Assembly: GCA_026395175.1 (NCBI GenBank)
Contig: JAPLZF010000010.1
Location: 4,450-68,449, forward strand
From: Candidatus Staskawiczbacteria bacterium
Lineage (GTDB): Bacteria; Patescibacteriota; Minisyncoccia; Minisyncoccales; Staskawiczbacteraceae
Reading direction: 5' to 3'
Length of the DNA: 64,000 nt
The number at the start of each line of letters is the position of its first letter. Position 1 is the first letter of the stretch. Positions 60,597-64,000 of this stretch are shown piece by piece. The translations under genes were made by a program, and so were the position numbers. Under the pieces are notes generated by a model that was given only the letters and a program-made list of their open reading frames with translations, was not told the origin of the DNA and did not search any database.

Positions 60597-63500
60597 ATGG
60601 ATAAAAAAATAAATACCCCTCGGGGCACAAGCAAAACAATTATTTTTTTAGGATTGCTTTTTGCTTTTTTTTTAAAAGCCGGGTTTGTTTTGGCGCTTGA
60701 GATTCATTACCCTGATATTTTAGGACAATCTTTAAACGACACCTCCACTCTTCAGCAATTTGTCTGTTATTTTTTCGGGTTAGGAATGAACCTGGCTTTT
60801 TTTATTGCTGTTATTTCAATAGCTTTCGGCGGAATCAGTTATTTGGTTTCTTATGGAAGAGGAAAATTTACAGACGAAGGCAAAGATTGGATAAAAGCCG
60901 GCGTCACCGGACTTTTGATAATTGTTTGCGCGTCCTTGATTATTTATACAATCAATCCGGCAATAACCACTTGCAAATTAGGAATTTTATCATTGATTCC
61001 TTTTGGTTCTTCAACCAATTCTTCCCTGCCTTCCAACGTAGATGTTACCACCTTCAATGAAATTCCCATTGGAACTTTAACTGAAAATCTTTTGACAAGA
61101 AAAATAGACTGCTATGATTTTGACCAAAATGGAAATCCTATTGACGGAGAAAAAATAGACCAAAATACAAACGGCCCGACATTTTTAGAAAACGACCGGG
61201 CAGATTGCCTTACAAAACTAATTGACGGCGCCCAAAAAAAAGCTCAGGTAGTTGATGCATTGTCAGCCAAGATAACAAAATTAATGAACACCTGTTCTTG
61301 CTCCGGCACCGATCCTTCTACGGGCTTAAACAAATGTAAATCTGTTTGCGACCAAACAACAGGATGTTATGTTTCTAATGGCGTTGGGTGTCCGGCGGGC
61401 AATTTATTAAATCCTGGCTACAAATCTTCTGATAATTGCAGCGGAGCCTGCAAACCAGATACGTCAAACTGCAATACTAATCCATCAGCTCCTTTAAACG
61501 GAGCATGCCAAGTAGTGTCTGCTAATGGCACGCCAGATTGCTGTCCGAAAGATGCCGGGCTGAAAGATGAAGATGGTAACCCGCTCAAAGACCCAAGCGG
61601 AAAAATAATATCAGTAAAATATCAGATTGAGCATGGACCTGCGGGCATAGCTGTGGCTTGCAATGATGTTTCAGGCAATTCAAGAGCTGTCACTTACGAC
61701 CCACAAGGAAGCTGGGCAAGCGGAACAGCTAAAACAGTCAAATGGAATAAGTCATCTTTTAATTCCAGCGGAGTGCCGGGAGCAACAGATGCAAAAATTG
61801 AAATTTGGCTTTGCGCAAAATCTGAAATAAGCTTTACTCCGAATATCTCTGTGGCTTTAGCGGCAAACAAATATTGCAGTGTCCGACTGAATGATGGCGC
61901 CATTCCTGCATTTGACAACAAAGGGAACGCTTCTGTTAATTTTCCAGACGGCACAGCTCCCGGCGCATATTATTTTTATGTCAGACAAGTCAACAATTGG
62001 GACAACAAATATTCGGGAAATGCTTTCAGCGACGCAGTAGTAATAGGAAATATAACCGCTGGTCCGACCGTTATAACTTATGAACCGCCGGGGGATTGGC
62101 TTAAAGGAAAAACTAAAACAGTGAAATGGGATAACACAAAATTTGATTCTAATATAGAAATCTGGCTTTGCACCCAATCCGATACAAGTGTTATTCCACA
62201 CATAGCCATTGATAAGGCAGCTAAAAATTATTGCCACGTAAGGCTGGCATATAATAAGCCCAACACAGGCGACTATCAAGTTAATTTTCCAGATACGGTT
62301 GGACCGGGTATTTATTATTTTTATGTTAAAAAAGTTGATGATAATGAAAACACTTTTTCTGGCAATAATTTCAGCGGTCCGGTAACGGTACAAGGATTAT
62401 ACAATGGATTGGATGAATTCAGATGCCCCAACCCAATCAAAGGAGACGAGGATGCAAGTAATCTATGCGACGGCAGAATTATAAAAGATTTTGTTGAAAC
62501 AACGACTCATATAAACAACAAAACAATTACTTTAATCAACCAAGAAAATTGGAAAAAATTAAATCTGCTCCAGCAAGAAAAATACTTTAAAGAAAAAATA
62601 GCCAGCTGGAAAGATGACAGCAAAATTCAAGATGATATAAACTTGCTAAACAGGGCAAGCTCTGCGCTGGGAAAATGCTATTTGGCAATACCTTATGTCG
62701 ACCTTTTGAAAACTTACGAAAGCACAAACCAGCAAAATCATATTATTCTTAAAGACCCGGAAACATTTTCCGACCCTGTAACCAACAGCCCTGTAGAAGT
62801 GGCAAATTACTGCCAAGGATTCAATTACAACAATTCCAGCTGTTTGAAAAAATGCAATAATATGTGCCCGGACACAAGCCAAGAGGCAATGCAATGCTAC
62901 AAAACTTGCGGAACCTGCGACGGAGGCAACCCCGAGTGTTTGGCAAGCCAGCAACAATGCGTTGAAAATTGCAGCAATTCAAAGCCTTGCGCATTGGGAT
63001 ATCCCGAAGTTAGCTGCAACAATGACACAGAATGCCCTTTTTCAGAAAAGTGCGATACTTTCACCAATAAGTGTACAGGCATTGACGACAAAAATTTTGG
63101 AAACTGCATGACTTCCTGCCAAAAAGACTGCTCAAATAATTGCGCCAAAGAATATTCTCCATGTTCTGATTCCGACCAATATAAATTATGCCAAAACCAA
63201 TGTAAAGATAACGGGCAATGCGTTTTGGACAACCCGGGCAAATGCTTGTTTGGCGCGGAAAATTTTGTAAATTGCGCCAACCAAATTACCGACCAAGGCA
63301 ACGCAAACTTTTGCATCAGCAATGCTTATTTATGCAAGAACGGCTCTGACAATTATGCAGGCAACAAAGATTTAAACATATCTGCCTCGTCAAATTGCCC
63401 GAAATGTCCGTGCGCAACCGGATCTCAATGCAATGAAAATTCACATAACGACGACCCACTGACTTTTTACTGCCAGGACAATTGGTGGACCGACCAAAGC

Positions 63501-64000
63501 AGAGAAGGTTTGAGCCAGACTCCAATAGGGACAGACAGGGTTATAGAGTTGAAAAAAGAAGGAGAGGTGCCGGTGGGACAGACAGTTGATAATGCTATAA
63601 AATGGGCAAAACAGCTGATAGAAAATGCCGACACAATAAACAAAAACACGCAAAAAATAATTGATAAAATGATGCAAATAGGAACTGCGAAAGATGCAAC
63701 TTTAATAAAAAATTATTGCAAATGCAATGCTAAATTTGATTCAAGCCATTCTATCCGTCCTTGCGGACCGATTTGCATAACCAACTGTTCTTATTGGGAA
63801 GCCATAACAATAGACGGATGTTTCAATGGATGCAGTTTTGTGGACTGCCAAGGAAATCCATGCGGACAAATTATAGATTATTTGGCAGAACTTTCTGGCG
63901 ACAGCAGGCAATTTAAAACTGATTTTTTAAGTTTTAATTCGGCTATGCTTGCAGAGCCAAGAAGTGATATTATAAACGAATTAGCCTATTCCAGAAAAAC
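60597..64000 (+). CDS. Giant Cys-rich surface protein with T4SS-pilin-like N-terminal domain (3' end beyond window)
   Basis: Absent from the ORF track. I read the frame from ATG at 60597 to the window end (1134 codons) without a stop. N-terminal TM plus a two-helix pilin-like module, two ~115-aa repeats (VKW(N/D)..IEIWLC...VNFPD...YYFYV), dense CxxC/Cx3C regions. The minus-strand track ORFs here are shadows. Confidence 0.85.
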   Translation, partial: MDKKINTPRGTSKTIIFLGLLFAFFLKAGFVLALEIHYPDILGQSLNDTSTLQQFVCYFFGLGMNLAFFIAVISIAFGGISYLVSYGRGKFTDEGKDWIKAGVTGLLIIVCASLIIYTINPAITTCKLGILSLIPFGSSTNSSLPSNVDVTTFNEIPIGTLTENLLTRKIDCYDFDQNGNPIDGEKIDQNTNGPTFLENDRADCLTKLIDGAQKKAQVVDALSAKITKLMNTCSCSGTDPSTGLNKCKSVCDQTTGCYVSNGVGCPAGNLLNPGYKSSDNCSGACKPDTSNCNTNPSAPLNGACQVVSANGTPDCCPKDAGLKDEDGNPLKDPSGKIISVKYQIEHGPAGIAVACNDVSGNSRAVTYDPQGSWASGTAKTVKWNKSSFNSSGVPGATDAKIEIWLCAKSEISFTPNISVALAANKYCSVRLNDGAIPAFDNKGNASVNFPDGTAPGAYYFYVRQVNNWDNKYSGNAFSDAVVIGNITAGPTVITYEPPGDWLKGKTKTVKWDNTKFDSNIEIWLCTQSDTSVIPHIAIDKAAKNYCHVRLAYNKPNTGDYQVNFPDTVGPGIYYFYVKKVDDNENTFSGNNFSGPVTVQGLYNGLDEFRCPNPIKGDEDASNLCDGRIIKDFVETTTHINNKTITLINQENWKKLNLLQQEKYFKEKIASWKDDSKIQDDINLLNRASSALGKCYLAIPYVDLLKTYESTNQQNHIILKDPETFSDPVTNSPVEVANYCQGFNYNNSSCLKKCNNMCPDTSQEAMQCYKTCGTCDGGNPECLASQQQCVENCSNSKPCALGYPEVSCNNDTECPFSEKCDTFTNKCTGIDDKNFGNCMTSCQKDCSNNCAKEYSPCSDSDQYKLCQNQCKDNGQCVLDNPGKCLFGAENFVNCANQITDQGNANFCISNAYLCKNGSDNYAGNKDLNISASSNCPKCPCATGSQCNENSHNDDPLTFYCQDNWWTDQSREGLSQTPIGTDRVIELKKEGEVPVGQTVDNAIKWAKQLIENADTINKNTQKIIDKMMQIGTAKDATLIKNYCKCNAKFDSSHSIRPCGPICITNCSYWEAITIDGCFNGCSFVDCQGNPCGQIIDYLAELSGDSRQFKTDFLSFNSAMLAEPRSDIINELAYSRK

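Noticed and set aside
61694-63677. Minus-strand ORFs listed in the track (61857-62393, 62897-63322, 62646-62957 and others).
   Set aside because: They are shadows of the uninterrupted plus-strand frame 60597 to beyond 64000, which has coherent domain and repeat structure. The track simply omits ORFs with no stop codon in the window.
1-64000. Alternative genetic code (UGA recoding, as in some CPR lineages).
   Set aside because: Well-recognised genes end at UGA, UAA and UAG at the expected lengths (for example cassette A ends with TGA and hicB with TGA), and no conserved protein is interrupted by in-frame UGA. The standard bacterial code fits.

Overview
AT-rich bacterial chromosome fragment (about 33% GC on hand-counted 60-nt lines). 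It is tightly packed, has ten tRNA genes without encoded CCA, and carries many membrane or secreted proteins of unknown function, all consistent with a Patescibacteria/CPR-type small genome. This placement is inference only: no database search was possible, and every product call rests on motifs read from the translations.

Recognisable content:
- Housekeeping: rny, clpP, tig, hppA, nusA, yraN, cca, nagB, rpsO, pnp, rsmA, an HtrA-like protease, a ZIP transporter and two ABC systems.
- Signalling: a PAS / solute-binding protein / histidine kinase / REC operon.
- DNA uptake: comM and dprA.
- Toxin-antitoxin and related: HicB/HicA, MNT/HEPN, a partial Fic gene, and a NYN+ORF6N pair inside rpsO-pnp.
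- Several Cys-rich surface proteins.
- From 52.8 kb to the window end, a type IV secretion-like locus: VirB6-like, PrgI/VirB3-like, a VirB4-like ATPase that appears split in two, and a protein of more than 1134 aa with a T4SS-pilin-like N-terminus. This last gene is missing from the ORF track because it runs off the window.

Main second-look items:
1. Three GC-rich cassettes (48-63% GC on sampled lines), all on the minus strand. Each has its own TTGACA-17-nt promoter, SD site and long-stem terminator, encodes N-terminally anchored or secreted proteins, and faces away from an envelope or T4SS-like operon. Two of them share the promoter context AAAGTCTTGACA and bracket or interrupt the T4SS-like locus.
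2. A perfect DnaA-box-like TTATCCACAG motif just upstream of four promoters.
3. A family of 3'-end hairpins with a conserved loop (UUCG..GCUCA) and covarying stems. Some lie inside the C-terminal tails of NusA and an ABC exporter.
4. An MNT-HEPN cassette inserted into the 3' end of rsmA, flanked by a 41-bp duplication.
5. tRNAs embedded in a minus-strand polycistron, with two CDS stop codons lying inside tRNA genes.
6. Smaller oddities: ACT microsatellites in the sensor kinase, GGTT..AACC palindromes, and a heptamer repeat abutting the hppA start codon.
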